A stretch of 64,000 nucleotides of DNA, taken from positions 2,922,175-2,986,174 of the forward strand of contig CP070646.1 of the NCBI GenBank assembly GCA_020354435.1, written 5' to 3'. Position 1 is the first letter of the stretch. Each line of letters begins with the position of its first letter. This document shows positions 53,705 to 62,828 of this stretch, piece by piece. The position numbers were made by a program, and so were the translations under genes. This stretch comes from Gammaproteobacteria bacterium (GTDB lineage: Bacteria > Pseudomonadota > Gammaproteobacteria > GCA-001735895). The notes under the pieces are model-generated. The model ran no database searches and was not told the DNA's origin. It saw nothing but the letters and a program-made list of their open reading frames with translations.

Positions 53705-55030
53705 TCAGACTTTTAACAGTAAGTGCTCCCGTTCCCAGGGACTGATTACGTTGAGAAAGTTATCGAACTCGACTTCCTTGACGCCGACATAAATGCCGAC
53801 GAAGGCTTCGCCGAGGACTTCGCCGATTTCCTTGCAATCGGCGAGACGTTGTAATGAATCGTACCAGTGCCGAGACAGCTGCATCGGTTCGTCGTAGGCG
53901 CTGCCTTGCAGCGGTTCGCTAGGCTTAAGGCCCTGTTTCATGCCGATGTAGCCGCAGGCCAGCGAGGTTGCGATCGCCAGGTAGGGGTTAACATCGGCCG
54001 AGGCGATACGATTCTCCACGCGCATTGATTTCGGGTTGTTGTCGGGCACGCGGAATCCGGTGGTGCGGTTGTCGAAATCCCAGTGAAAATTTATCGGCGC
54101 AGACATTTCTCGCACGATGCGGCGGTACGAGTTTACATAGGGCGTCATCAGCGCCATCGCCTCCGGCAGGAAGCGCTGCAGGCCGGCAATGTGGTTCAAA
54201 AGCAGTTCGTTGGGCATGCCTTCCGGCGTCGAGAAAATATTCTCGCCCGATTCCAGGTCCTCGACGCTCTGGTGGATGTGCATCGCGCTGCCGGGTTGCC
54301 CTTCCATCGGCTTGGCCATGAAAGTCGCATAAAGGTCGTGACGCAGCGCGGCCTCGCGTACGGTGCGTTTGAACAGGAAGGCCTGGTCGGCCAGTTCCAG
54401 CGGGTCGCCGTGCAGCAGATTGATTTCCATCTGCCCCATGCCTTCCTCGTGAATCAGCGTATCGATCTCGAGTCCCTGGCCCTCGCAGAAGTCGTACATG
54501 TCGTCGAACATCGGGTCGAAGTCGTTAACCGCATCGATGTTGAACGATTGGCCGCTGCGCTCGGCGCGGCCGGTACGGCCGATCGGGGGTAGCAGGGGGT
54601 TTTTCGGATCCAGGTTCGGCTGCAACAGGTAAAATTCGAGTTCCGGCGCGACCACGGGCTTCCAGCCCTCGGCGCGGTAGAGATCGATCACGCGGCGCAG
54701 TACTCCGCGCGGAGAAAACTCGATCGGGTTGCCGTCCACGTCGTAACAGTCGTGAATCACCTGGGCGGAGGGTTCGCGCGCCCATGGCAACTGGCGAATC
54801 GTGTACGGATCGGGTTGCAGCACCATGTCGGCATCGAGCGGGTTGATCTGTTCCCAGTTAGCGGGATAGTCGCCGGTGACCGACTGCATGAAGATGGCCT
54901 TGGGCATGCGTAGCGTGGTGCTATCGGTAAACTTTGCGGCAGGCATGATCTTGCCGCGCGCGGCGCCCGCGAGATCGGGCACGATGCACTCGACTTCGGT
55001 GATTTGGTGTTGCTCAATCCAGTCTTTCAT
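53705..55030 (-). CDS. glutamine-synthetase-family gamma-glutamyl-polyamine ligase (PuuA/SpuB-like)
   Basis: GS catalytic domain (…EFYLL…, …HIHQS…, NRTTGFRVP). The start was taken at Met14 of the track ORF (MKDWIEQHQITE). Confidence 0.8.
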   Translation of the reverse strand: MKDWIEQHQITEVECIVPDLAGAARGKIMPAAKFTDSTTLRMPKAIFMQSVTGDYPANWEQINPLDADMVLQPDPYTIRQLPWAREPSAQVIHDCYDVDGNPIEFSPRGVLRRVIDLYRAEGWKPVVAPELEFYLLQPNLDPKNPLLPPIGRTGRAERSGQSFNIDAVNDFDPMFDDMYDFCEGQGLEIDTLIHEEGMGQMEINLLHGDPLELADQAFLFKRTVREAALRHDLYATFMAKPMEGQPGSAMHIHQSVEDLESGENIFSTPEGMPNELLLNHIAGLQRFLPEAMALMTPYVNSYRRIVREMSAPINFHWDFDNRTTGFRVPDNNPKSMRVENRIASADVNPYLAIATSLACGYIGMKQGLKPSEPLQGSAYDEPMQLSRHWYDSLQRLADCKEIGEVLGEAFVGIYVGVKEVEFDNFLNVISPWEREHLLLKV

Positions 55031-55269
55031 AACATTTCTTGCTGTTGGTCCTGTGGCGCACCGGGCCAATCATGGCGCGCCGAATCGTGCTATCTAGCAT
55101 AGTTGAAAACTTGGACACCGGACAATTGTGATCACAAAAAAGAGCAAAGTCAATTCGACGTAGCTCGACTGTTTACAGGGGTTTAAGCGGTTGTGCATTG
55201 ACAGGTCCGCGGTCGTGGGTATAGCCTCGCCGGATTCCTGGTGATCACATATTAACCGCGGGAGGCGAT

Positions 55270-56190
55270 ATGACAGACGATTTCAGCTTGCGCAGACGCA
55301 AACCGGGCGGTGGCACTCGCAAACTGCAAAACTGGGGCGTCGATTGCGAGTACGGCGTTTTGCGCGATGTATTGTTGGGCCCGGCCGACAATTATCAATG
55401 GCTGGAAACCAGCTCGGTATCGAAAAAAAGCATACGCCGTAACTACGAATTCGACGCCGACGTCGCCCGGCGTCAGCATGCCGAGATGGTGTCGGCATAC
55501 CAGTCGGCCGATGTTCAGGTGCATTTGCATGAACCGGATCCGGCGTTGCCATATCAGATTTTTGCTCGCGACTCGTCGGCCATGACGCCCTATGGCGCGA
55601 TTATCACCAGCATGGCCAACTGGTGGCGGCGAGGGGAAAATTTTCGCGCGATCGAAACTTACGAACGCCTCGGCATTCCGATTTACGACTATGTCACCGC
55701 GGGTACCTTCGAGGGTGGTGATTTTAACGTCATCGAGCCAGGCTGCGTGCTGATCGGCTGGGAGGGCGACGAGGGTCGCAGCCAGGAACAGTCGGCACTG
55801 CAGCTGAAAAACTGGTTCGAGGCCGAGGGCTGGGAAGTCAGGCTGGCCGACATCGATCCATTTTACGTGCACATCGATCTTATGGTCGTCATGCTGGCGC
55901 CGAAACTGGCGGCGGTTTGTCTCGAGTCGACCGATCCCGATATCGTTAGCTGGCTCAAATCGAAAAGTATCGAAGTCATCTCGGTGCCGTTTCAGGATAC
56001 GCTCGATCTCGGCTGCAACGTCGTCGCCCTCGGCAACGACCGCGTACTGATGCCCGAAAAGAGCCAGGTGCTCAAAGAGAAAGTGCGTGCTCATGGTCTC
56101 GAAGTTTTCGATCCCGATGTGTCAATGATCACGCCCGGCGGTGGCGGCGTGCACTGCATGTGCCAGGCACTGCGCCGCGATCCCGGCTAA
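55270..56190 (+). CDS. amidinotransferase/DDAH-superfamily hydrolase (dimethylarginine dimethylaminohydrolase-like)
   Basis: C-terminal GGGGVHCMCQALRR catalytic-Cys motif of the guanidino-group-modifying enzyme fold. Confidence 0.6.
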   Translation: MTDDFSLRRRKPGGGTRKLQNWGVDCEYGVLRDVLLGPADNYQWLETSSVSKKSIRRNYEFDADVARRQHAEMVSAYQSADVQVHLHEPDPALPYQIFARDSSAMTPYGAIITSMANWWRRGENFRAIETYERLGIPIYDYVTAGTFEGGDFNVIEPGCVLIGWEGDEGRSQEQSALQLKNWFEAEGWEVRLADIDPFYVHIDLMVVMLAPKLAAVCLESTDPDIVSWLKSKSIEVISVPFQDTLDLGCNVVALGNDRVLMPEKSQVLKEKVRAHGLEVFDPDVSMITPGGGGVHCMCQALRRDPG

Positions 56191-56285
56191 AAACTCGGGG
56201 ACAGTTTACTTATTTCGCTAGTGAAATAAGTAAACTGTCCCCGAGTTTTTTCTAGCGAAACAAGTAAACTGTCCCCGAGTTTTTC
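56189..56285. repeat. REP-like cluster: three copies of AAAAACTCGGGGACAGTTTACT, the first two forming a perfect ~30-bp hairpin between convergent genes
   Basis: Copies at 56189-56221, 56218-56251 (inverted) and 56252-56285. Same family as 3752-3947. Confidence 0.85.
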
Positions 56286-57127
56286 TAAGGGGTTTCCTCG
56301 GCCGTCATCTGCATATCGAGGGCGCGCTGTTTTTGTTGCCGCAACATGATGTAACCGGCCACGAGTACGCCGATTGCCACCACTAGTATGATGATCGTCG
56401 CCAGCGCGTTGATATCGGGTCGCAGGCCGAGCCGAATGCGCGAGTAAATCAAGATCGGCAGCGTGGTCGCGCCGGGACCGGTGACAAAGCTGGCGATAAT
56501 CAAATCATCGAGCGACAGCGTAAACGACAGCAACCAGCCGGCGAGCATGCCAGGGGCGAGTAACGGCAGCGTGATATCGGTCAGCACGCGCAGCGGCTTG
56601 GCGCCCAGGTCCTGCGCCGCTTCCTCGAGATCCTGCGCCATGCCGGCCAGGCGCGACTGGATAATGACCGCGACGTAGGCCATCGAAAACGTAATATGCG
56701 CGATCGTTATGGTCGAAAATCCGCGTTCGCTGGGCCAGCCGATTGCACTCTGCAGCCAGATGAACAACAGCAATAGCGACAGGCCGGTGATGACCTCGGG
56801 CATGACCAGCGGTGCCGAAATCATGCCGCTGAAAAGAGTGCGCCCGCGAAAGCGCCCGAAGCGCACCAGTGCCAGTCCGGCGAGCGTGCCGAGGATCGTC
56901 GCGAAACAGGCGTTGACGGTCGCGATCTTGAGGCTCAGCGTGAGCGCGTCCCAGACCTCAGGGCTTTTGAACAACTCGACGTACCACTTGGTCGAAAAAC
57001 CGCCCCAGATTGGCACGATCTTGGACTTGTTGAACGAATAAAAAATCAACAGCACCATCGGTATATAAAGAAAGGCAATACCGAAGGCCAGCGTGGACAG
57101 CAGAAAGATCGAGCGTTTTTGGTTCAT
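56285..57127 (-). CDS. potI: spermidine/putrescine ABC transporter permease (PotC/PotI)
   Basis: ABC TMD with an EAA-like loop, in the potFGHI arrangement. Confidence 0.85.
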   Translation of the reverse strand: MNQKRSIFLLSTLAFGIAFLYIPMVLLIFYSFNKSKIVPIWGGFSTKWYVELFKSPEVWDALTLSLKIATVNACFATILGTLAGLALVRFGRFRGRTLFSGMISAPLVMPEVITGLSLLLLFIWLQSAIGWPSERGFSTITIAHITFSMAYVAVIIQSRLAGMAQDLEEAAQDLGAKPLRVLTDITLPLLAPGMLAGWLLSFTLSLDDLIIASFVTGPGATTLPILIYSRIRLGLRPDINALATIIILVVAIGVLVAGYIMLRQQKQRALDMQMTAEETP

Positions 57128-58089
57128 GGATTTTCCGTCTCCTTCGCCTGGATGTGCTGGTACAGCATCATCGGCAGCACCAGCAGCAACAGCAGCGCGA
57201 TGGCGACCGCCGAGGCCACCGGCCAGTCGATATTGGCGTTGAACTCGTTGTACAGCACGCGCCCGATCATGAGCACGTTACCACCGCCGAGCAGGTCCGG
57301 AATGACGTACTCGCCGGTCGCCGGAATAAACACCAGTAACGAGCCGGCGAGAATGCCGGGTGAGGTGGCCGGCAGGGTTATCGTGAAAAATGTGGTCATC
57401 GGCTTGGCGCCGAGATCGGCTGCGGCCTCGAGCAGTTCCCAGTCGAGTTTTTCCATGTTGGCGTACAGCGGCAGGATCATGAATGGCACGTAGGTATAGA
57501 CGATGCCCACGTAAACCGCGAAGGTCGTGTACAACATTCGAATCGGTTCATCGATGATGCCGAGCGCGATCAACAGATCGTTGATCGTGCCCTGGTCCGC
57601 GAGCAATCCCATCCATGCGTAAACGCGCAGCAGGAACGAGGTCCAGAACGGCAGGATGATCAGCAACAGCAGAATATGCTTGACGGTATGGCTCGAACGC
57701 ACGATGGCGTAGGCGATCGGGTAACCAAGTAACAGGCACAGAATAGTCGAGGTCACCGAAATCACGAGCGAGTTCAGATAAGTGTTAACGTAGAGATCGT
57801 CTTCCCACAGATAGGCGTAGTTATCGATCACCACGCGCACGTGCATGATGCCTTCGTCGACCCATTCGACCAGCGGCGTATAGGGCGGGCTCGCAATCGT
57901 GGTTTCGGCCAGACTGATCTTGAGCACGAAGAAAAACGGCGCGAGGAAAAACAGCAGCAGCCATGCATACGGAATTCCCAGTACCAGGAGTTTCCACTGG
58001 TCCTGCAGCAGCCGCGTCAGCCGATTCAGAATCCTATCCTTGAGCGTCGCTTCACCGATGGCTACGACTTCTTCGGCCGGCGTGCTCAT
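57124..58089 (-). CDS. potH: spermidine/putrescine ABC transporter permease (PotB/PotH)
   Basis: 321 aa, 6 TM, overlapping its neighbours. Confidence 0.85.
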   Translation of the reverse strand: MSTPAEEVVAIGEATLKDRILNRLTRLLQDQWKLLVLGIPYAWLLLFFLAPFFFVLKISLAETTIASPPYTPLVEWVDEGIMHVRVVIDNYAYLWEDDLYVNTYLNSLVISVTSTILCLLLGYPIAYAIVRSSHTVKHILLLLIILPFWTSFLLRVYAWMGLLADQGTINDLLIALGIIDEPIRMLYTTFAVYVGIVYTYVPFMILPLYANMEKLDWELLEAAADLGAKPMTTFFTITLPATSPGILAGSLLVFIPATGEYVIPDLLGGGNVLMIGRVLYNEFNANIDWPVASAVAIALLLLLVLPMMLYQHIQAKETENP

Positions 58090-59261
58090 TTTGTCAGCAC
58101 CACGGAACTGGAGGCATCCCAGCTTAGATAAACCTCTTCGTCCCAGTCGATGGGCGGGCTGGCGTCCCTGGGACGCATCATGTTGGGCGAGGTGATCTCG
58201 ATCATGTGATCGCCGTCGACCTGTACGCGGTAAGTCGATGTGCCGCCGAGATAACCGATATCGTGCACCATACCCCTGATCGTGTTGGCGCTGCTATTAG
58301 CCGGCGATTCCTTCGAGATCCGCACCTTTTCCGGTCGCAGCGCGACCCAGACCTTGGTGCCTTCCTGGATCGACATGCCGTGATCGACGAAAAACTCGCA
58401 TTTCGGATCGTTGCTCTCGACGATGACATGGTCTGGCCCGTTTTCGATGATACGACCCTCGAACATATTGGCGTTACCGATAAAATTTGCCACCACGCGC
58501 GAATTCGGAAACTCGTAAATTTCGGTCGGTGTGCCGATTTGCTGAAAGCGCCCGGTATCCATGACCGCAATCCGCGTCGACAGCGTCATCGCTTCTTCCT
58601 GATCATGGGTGACGACGATGAAGGTCACGCCGAGCTGCTCCTGGATGTTCATCAATTCGTACTGGGTCTGTTCGCGCAGGCGCTTGTCGAGCGCGCCCAG
58701 CGGCTCGTCGAGCAGCAATACCTTGGGCTGCTTGACCAGCGCGCGCGCCAGAGCGACCCGCTGCTTCTGGCCGCCCGACAGCTGATGCGGCTTGCGTTTG
58801 GCGAACTGATCGAGTTCGACCATCGAGATCATTTCGTCGACACGCTGCTGGATTTCGGACTTGGGAACCTTGTCGCGTCTGAGCCCGTAGGCGACGTTGT
58901 TCCACACGGTCATGTGCGGGAACAGCGCATAGGACTGGAACATCATGTTGACCGGGCGCTCGTAGGGCGGTACGTCGTTCATGTTCTGTCCGTCGATCAG
59001 GATCGTGCCCGAGGACGGCGTTTCGAAGCCGGCCAGCATACGCAGCAGGGTCGACTTGCCGCAACCTGAACCGCCGAGCAGGCAGAAAAGCTCGCCCTTG
59101 TAAATGTCGAGATCGACGCTATCGACCGCGGTGAAATCGCCAAAGTGTTTGCTGACACTCTGTACCTTGATGAAGGGCTCGGCTTCCGGGTCCAACCAGG
59201 GCCGGTCGGTATAATCGAGCGCTTCGGCCATAGACCCCCCTTGGCTATACTGTAGAGTCAA
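58086..59261 (-). CDS. potG: spermidine/putrescine ABC transporter ATP-binding protein (PotA/PotG)
   Basis: Walker A GGSGCGKST, LSGGQKQRVALARAL, and a TOBE C-terminal domain. Confidence 0.9.
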   Translation of the reverse strand: MTLQYSQGGSMAEALDYTDRPWLDPEAEPFIKVQSVSKHFGDFTAVDSVDLDIYKGELFCLLGGSGCGKSTLLRMLAGFETPSSGTILIDGQNMNDVPPYERPVNMMFQSYALFPHMTVWNNVAYGLRRDKVPKSEIQQRVDEMISMVELDQFAKRKPHQLSGGQKQRVALARALVKQPKVLLLDEPLGALDKRLREQTQYELMNIQEQLGVTFIVVTHDQEEAMTLSTRIAVMDTGRFQQIGTPTEIYEFPNSRVVANFIGNANMFEGRIIENGPDHVIVESNDPKCEFFVDHGMSIQEGTKVWVALRPEKVRISKESPANSSANTIRGMVHDIGYLGGTSTYRVQVDGDHMIEITSPNMMRPRDASPPIDWDEEVYLSWDASSSVVLTK

Positions 59262-59267
59262 AAAAGC

Positions 59268-59296
59268 CGGGGCGATTTTTCGCCCCGGCTTTTGTT
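59268..59296 (-). terminator. intra-operon terminator/attenuator between potF and potG
   Basis: On the minus strand, GCCGGGGCGAAAAATCGCCCCGGC followed by T6. Confidence 0.6.
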
Positions 59297-59299
59297 TTA

Positions 59300-60403
59300 C
59301 TAGTTGCCGGCCTTGAAGTTGGTCCAGGTCCGGGTTCTGATCCGTTCCGCTTTTGGCGGCAACGGGTTCAGGGTATACATGGTGGATACCTGTGCCGGGG
59401 TCGGGAATGCCGCCGGGCTGCTCGTGACCGCCTCGTCGATCAACGGCATCGCATCCTTGTTGGCGGTTGCATACCAGGTGTAGTTACTGTCGTTAGCGGC
59501 AACCTGGGGGCGCATCAGGTAATTCATGAACAGATGAGCATTCTCGATGTTCTTGGCATCTTTAGGAATGACCCAGCCGTCGACCCAGAAGTTCGGGATC
59601 GCGGGCAGGAAAAAGTCCAGCTTGACCCCGGTATTGGCTTCCTCGGCGCCCGACATTGCGAGCAGGCCGTCCGGTCCCCAGGTGACTGCGACGCAGAATT
59701 CCTTCTGCGGCATGCGCTGGTAGGCGTAGTTATCGAAGGTTTTAATGTAAGGGCGGACCTTGAGCAGCAATTCCTCGACTTCCTTGTAGTGCGCGCGATC
59801 GGTCGAATCCGGCGGGTGGCCAAGATAAGCCAGCGCCATCGGGATTACGTCGGTCGGTGAATCGAGGAACGACACCCCGCACTTGGCCAGTTCCTTCATG
59901 TGCTTCGGATCGAAGATCATATCGATATTGCCGATCGGCGCGTCGGGATAGGTCTCCAGCACCAGCTCACGGTTATAGGTTACGCCATGGGTGCCCCACA
60001 TGTAGGGCACGAAGTAATCGTGTCCCGGGTCCCACTTGGAGCCGACCTGTGCCATGACGTCCGGGCTCATGTGCTTGAGGTTGGGGAGCTTGGTCTTGTC
60101 GATTTTCTGCAGGATGTTTCCACCCTTCATAAGGCGTGCCGCTTGCGAAGCCGCGTGCGACACCACGTCGTATCCGGAGTTGCCGGCAAGCAGCTTGGAA
60201 TCGATCGCCTCGACCGAGTCATACGGGGTGAAAACGACTTCGACGTCGTATTCTTTGGCGAAGTTTTCGATCGTATCCTCGGCCATGTACTCGGCCCAGT
60301 TGCTGACGTTGAGCTTTCCCGCCGCCGATGCGATGGTTGCACCGGTTAGCAATGCTGCCGTGGTCAAACCGATCAGGCTGGATTTAATAGCAGTGTCTTT
60401 CAT
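59300..60403 (-). CDS. potF: putrescine/spermidine ABC transporter periplasmic substrate-binding protein (PotF/PotD)
   Basis: Signal peptide followed by the SBP fold. The start was taken at Met14, where a GAGGAGGAAAC RBS precedes it. Confidence 0.85.
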   Translation of the reverse strand: MKDTAIKSSLIGLTTAALLTGATIASAAGKLNVSNWAEYMAEDTIENFAKEYDVEVVFTPYDSVEAIDSKLLAGNSGYDVVSHAASQAARLMKGGNILQKIDKTKLPNLKHMSPDVMAQVGSKWDPGHDYFVPYMWGTHGVTYNRELVLETYPDAPIGNIDMIFDPKHMKELAKCGVSFLDSPTDVIPMALAYLGHPPDSTDRAHYKEVEELLLKVRPYIKTFDNYAYQRMPQKEFCVAVTWGPDGLLAMSGAEEANTGVKLDFFLPAIPNFWVDGWVIPKDAKNIENAHLFMNYLMRPQVAANDSNYTWYATANKDAMPLIDEAVTSSPAAFPTPAQVSTMYTLNPLPPKAERIRTRTWTNFKAGN

Positions 60404-60601
60404 GTTTCCTCCTCGGAAGTACTGACTAGTTTTGAATATCAAACTTAATTATCGTGAAGTTACGCTGTACCGCGGCTTAACGGCGATAGCAGGCTGAATT
60501 TCTATTCGCGGGGCGACAACACGAAGCATAATGACGAATAGCCTGTCACATCAATAGTTTGAGCGGATATTAACATAAAAATTATTGTTTTGTGATCACA
60601 T

Positions 60602-61252
60602 TTAATTCTTTGCGCCGGCTCTGATGTCGGGGTAAATGCATTCGATCAGTTCGAAAACGGCCGCAATTGCCTGGTCACGCTTGAATCCTGCATCGTTGAT
60701 CAGGAAATTCTGCCACAGGCCGTCGATCATGCCCTCGAAGCTGAGTGCCGCGGTCCTGGCGACGAGGCGGGCACCGTGTTGACGCTCGATCGCTTCGCAT
60801 ATCGCCAGCAGTGTGTCCGAGAATGCCTGGTCGCTGGCGCCGCAAACCTGTTTGTATTTAGGGCGTGAACGCGACTCACCCCAGAAAGCAAACCAGACGC
60901 TGATTTTGCGCCGATTAAAGATTTTTGGCGCGAACGCCGCCTCGATCATCGCGCGCAAGCGGTCGTTGGGGTCATCGCCTGCGGCTTCCAGCGCCTGTTG
61001 CCAGTTAGACCGGTATTCATGATTAAGGTAATGCAGCGTCTGTTCGAGCAGAGCCTCCTTGCTGTGGAAGTGAAACACGACGTTGCCCTGAGACAGACCG
61101 GCACGTTCGGCGATTTTCGCTAACGTGGTTTGCGATATGCCGAGTTTATCGATGCAGTCGATGGTCGCTTCGATCAACTGGCGTTTGCGAAATTCGCTTT
61201 GCTGTTTACGGTTGCGACTGGCGAAATTCTTCTCGGTAACAGGTGTCGACAA
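60602..61252 (-). CDS. TetR-family transcriptional regulator
   Basis: IEATIDCIDKLGISQTTLAKIAERAGLSQGNVVFHFHSKEALL HTH. Confidence 0.85.
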   Translation of the reverse strand: MSTPVTEKNFASRNRKQQSEFRKRQLIEATIDCIDKLGISQTTLAKIAERAGLSQGNVVFHFHSKEALLEQTLHYLNHEYRSNWQQALEAAGDDPNDRLRAMIEAAFAPKIFNRRKISVWFAFWGESRSRPKYKQVCGASDQAFSDTLLAICEAIERQHGARLVARTAALSFEGMIDGLWQNFLINDAGFKRDQAIAAVFELIECIYPDIRAGAKN

Positions 61253-61405
61253 GCTATGCTTCCGTTTGAGGTATTTTTCAGACCATATAACTTTCTGAGT
61301 GTTTGGTCAATAAAAGTATATAAATTATTGAAAAAGCTTGCAAAATAAAAAATTAAAAATATAATTCTCCAGTCATTCACGACACCATACCGCGGGGAGG
61401 CGAGC

Positions 61406-62815
61406 ATGAGCAGCGCAGCAGAACTGAAACAGAACGACAACTTGTTTATCCACCCCTGGGACGATATGGCCAAGATCGGCAAGCACGAGCGTACGCTGCT
61501 GGACCGGGGCGAGGGCGTGTATGTTTACGACAGCGATGGCAACCGCCTGCTGGATGCGCCCGCCGGCATGTGGTGCGTCAATGTCGGTCACGGTCGCCAG
61601 GAAATCGCGCAAGCCGTTTACGACCAGATCATGGCTTTGACCTACGTTTCCCCGTGGTCGATGACGACCGGGCCCGCGGCCGAGTTCGCCGCACAGCTCG
61701 CCGAATTATCCCCGGGTGACCTGAACCACGTGTTTTTTGCTACGGGCGGCTCGACCGCGGTCGATTCCGCGCTGCGATTCGCGCATTTTTACAACAACAT
61801 GCGCGGCATGCCGAACAAGAAACATATCATTTCGCAAAAGCGGGGTTATCACGGCAGTACCTATCTCGGTGGCAGCGTCTCCGGCAAGGAGCGCGACAAG
61901 AGCAACCTGCATTTCGAAACCGAGCTGGTGCACCACATCGACGCGCCGCACCCGTTGCATAAACCCGCAGGCATTTCGGATGCCGATTTTCTCGATCACT
62001 GCGTCGCCAACCTGGAAAACATGATTGCCGAGGTCGGGGCAGAAAATTGCGCGATCTTCGTCGCCGAGCCGATTCTCGCCTCCGGTGGGGTTATCGTGCC
62101 GCCTGCAGGCTACCACCAGCGCTGTCTCGAGGTTTGCCGCAACAACGACATGCTCTACCTGTCGGATGAAGTGGTGACCGCGTTCGGACGTCTGGGTCAC
62201 TGTTTCGCATCGGAAGACGTTTTCGGTATCGTGCCCGACATTATTACCACGGCCAAAGGCCTGACCTCGGGCTACATCCCGATGGGCGCTTTCCTGGTAT
62301 CGGATCGACTGATCGACGAGATCAAGCAGAAGGGTGGTGATACCGCCGTATTCTCCAACGGCTTTACTTACTCGGGTCACCCGGTGGCGGCGGCGGCCGG
62401 GATCAAGAATCTCGAAATCATGCAGCGTGAAAAACTGTTCGAGCAGGCGCGGGACACCGGGCCTTACCTGCAGCAGCAAATGCAGACGCTGCGCGATATT
62501 CCGATCGTGCGCGACGTGCGCGGCATGGGCCTGATGGCCTGCGTCGAGTGCGAATTGATCCAGGGCAAGGATGACCTCGCGATGGACTATGAAATTGGTA
62601 ACCTGATCGACAAGCACTGCCAGAAGCTCGGCCTGATCGTGCGGCCGATCATCAACATGTGCGTGATGTCGCCGCCGCTGACGATTACCCGCGAGCAGAT
62701 CGACGATATGGTGTCGATGCTGCGCCAGGGCATACTGCTGGCGCTCGAGGAAATCGAAAATGCCGAGGCCACATCCACGGGCGCGGATAGCCGCCATCCT
62801 TCACCGGCAGCTTGA
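61406..62815 (+). CDS. class-III (omega) aminotransferase
   Basis: MWCVNVGHG…, a PLP-fold core, 469 aa. Confidence 0.8.
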   Translation: MSSAAELKQNDNLFIHPWDDMAKIGKHERTLLDRGEGVYVYDSDGNRLLDAPAGMWCVNVGHGRQEIAQAVYDQIMALTYVSPWSMTTGPAAEFAAQLAELSPGDLNHVFFATGGSTAVDSALRFAHFYNNMRGMPNKKHIISQKRGYHGSTYLGGSVSGKERDKSNLHFETELVHHIDAPHPLHKPAGISDADFLDHCVANLENMIAEVGAENCAIFVAEPILASGGVIVPPAGYHQRCLEVCRNNDMLYLSDEVVTAFGRLGHCFASEDVFGIVPDIITTAKGLTSGYIPMGAFLVSDRLIDEIKQKGGDTAVFSNGFTYSGHPVAAAAGIKNLEIMQREKLFEQARDTGPYLQQQMQTLRDIPIVRDVRGMGLMACVECELIQGKDDLAMDYEIGNLIDKHCQKLGLIVRPIINMCVMSPPLTITREQIDDMVSMLRQGILLALEEIENAEATSTGADSRHPSPAA

Positions 62816-62828
62816 GGGGTGCAGGGCG

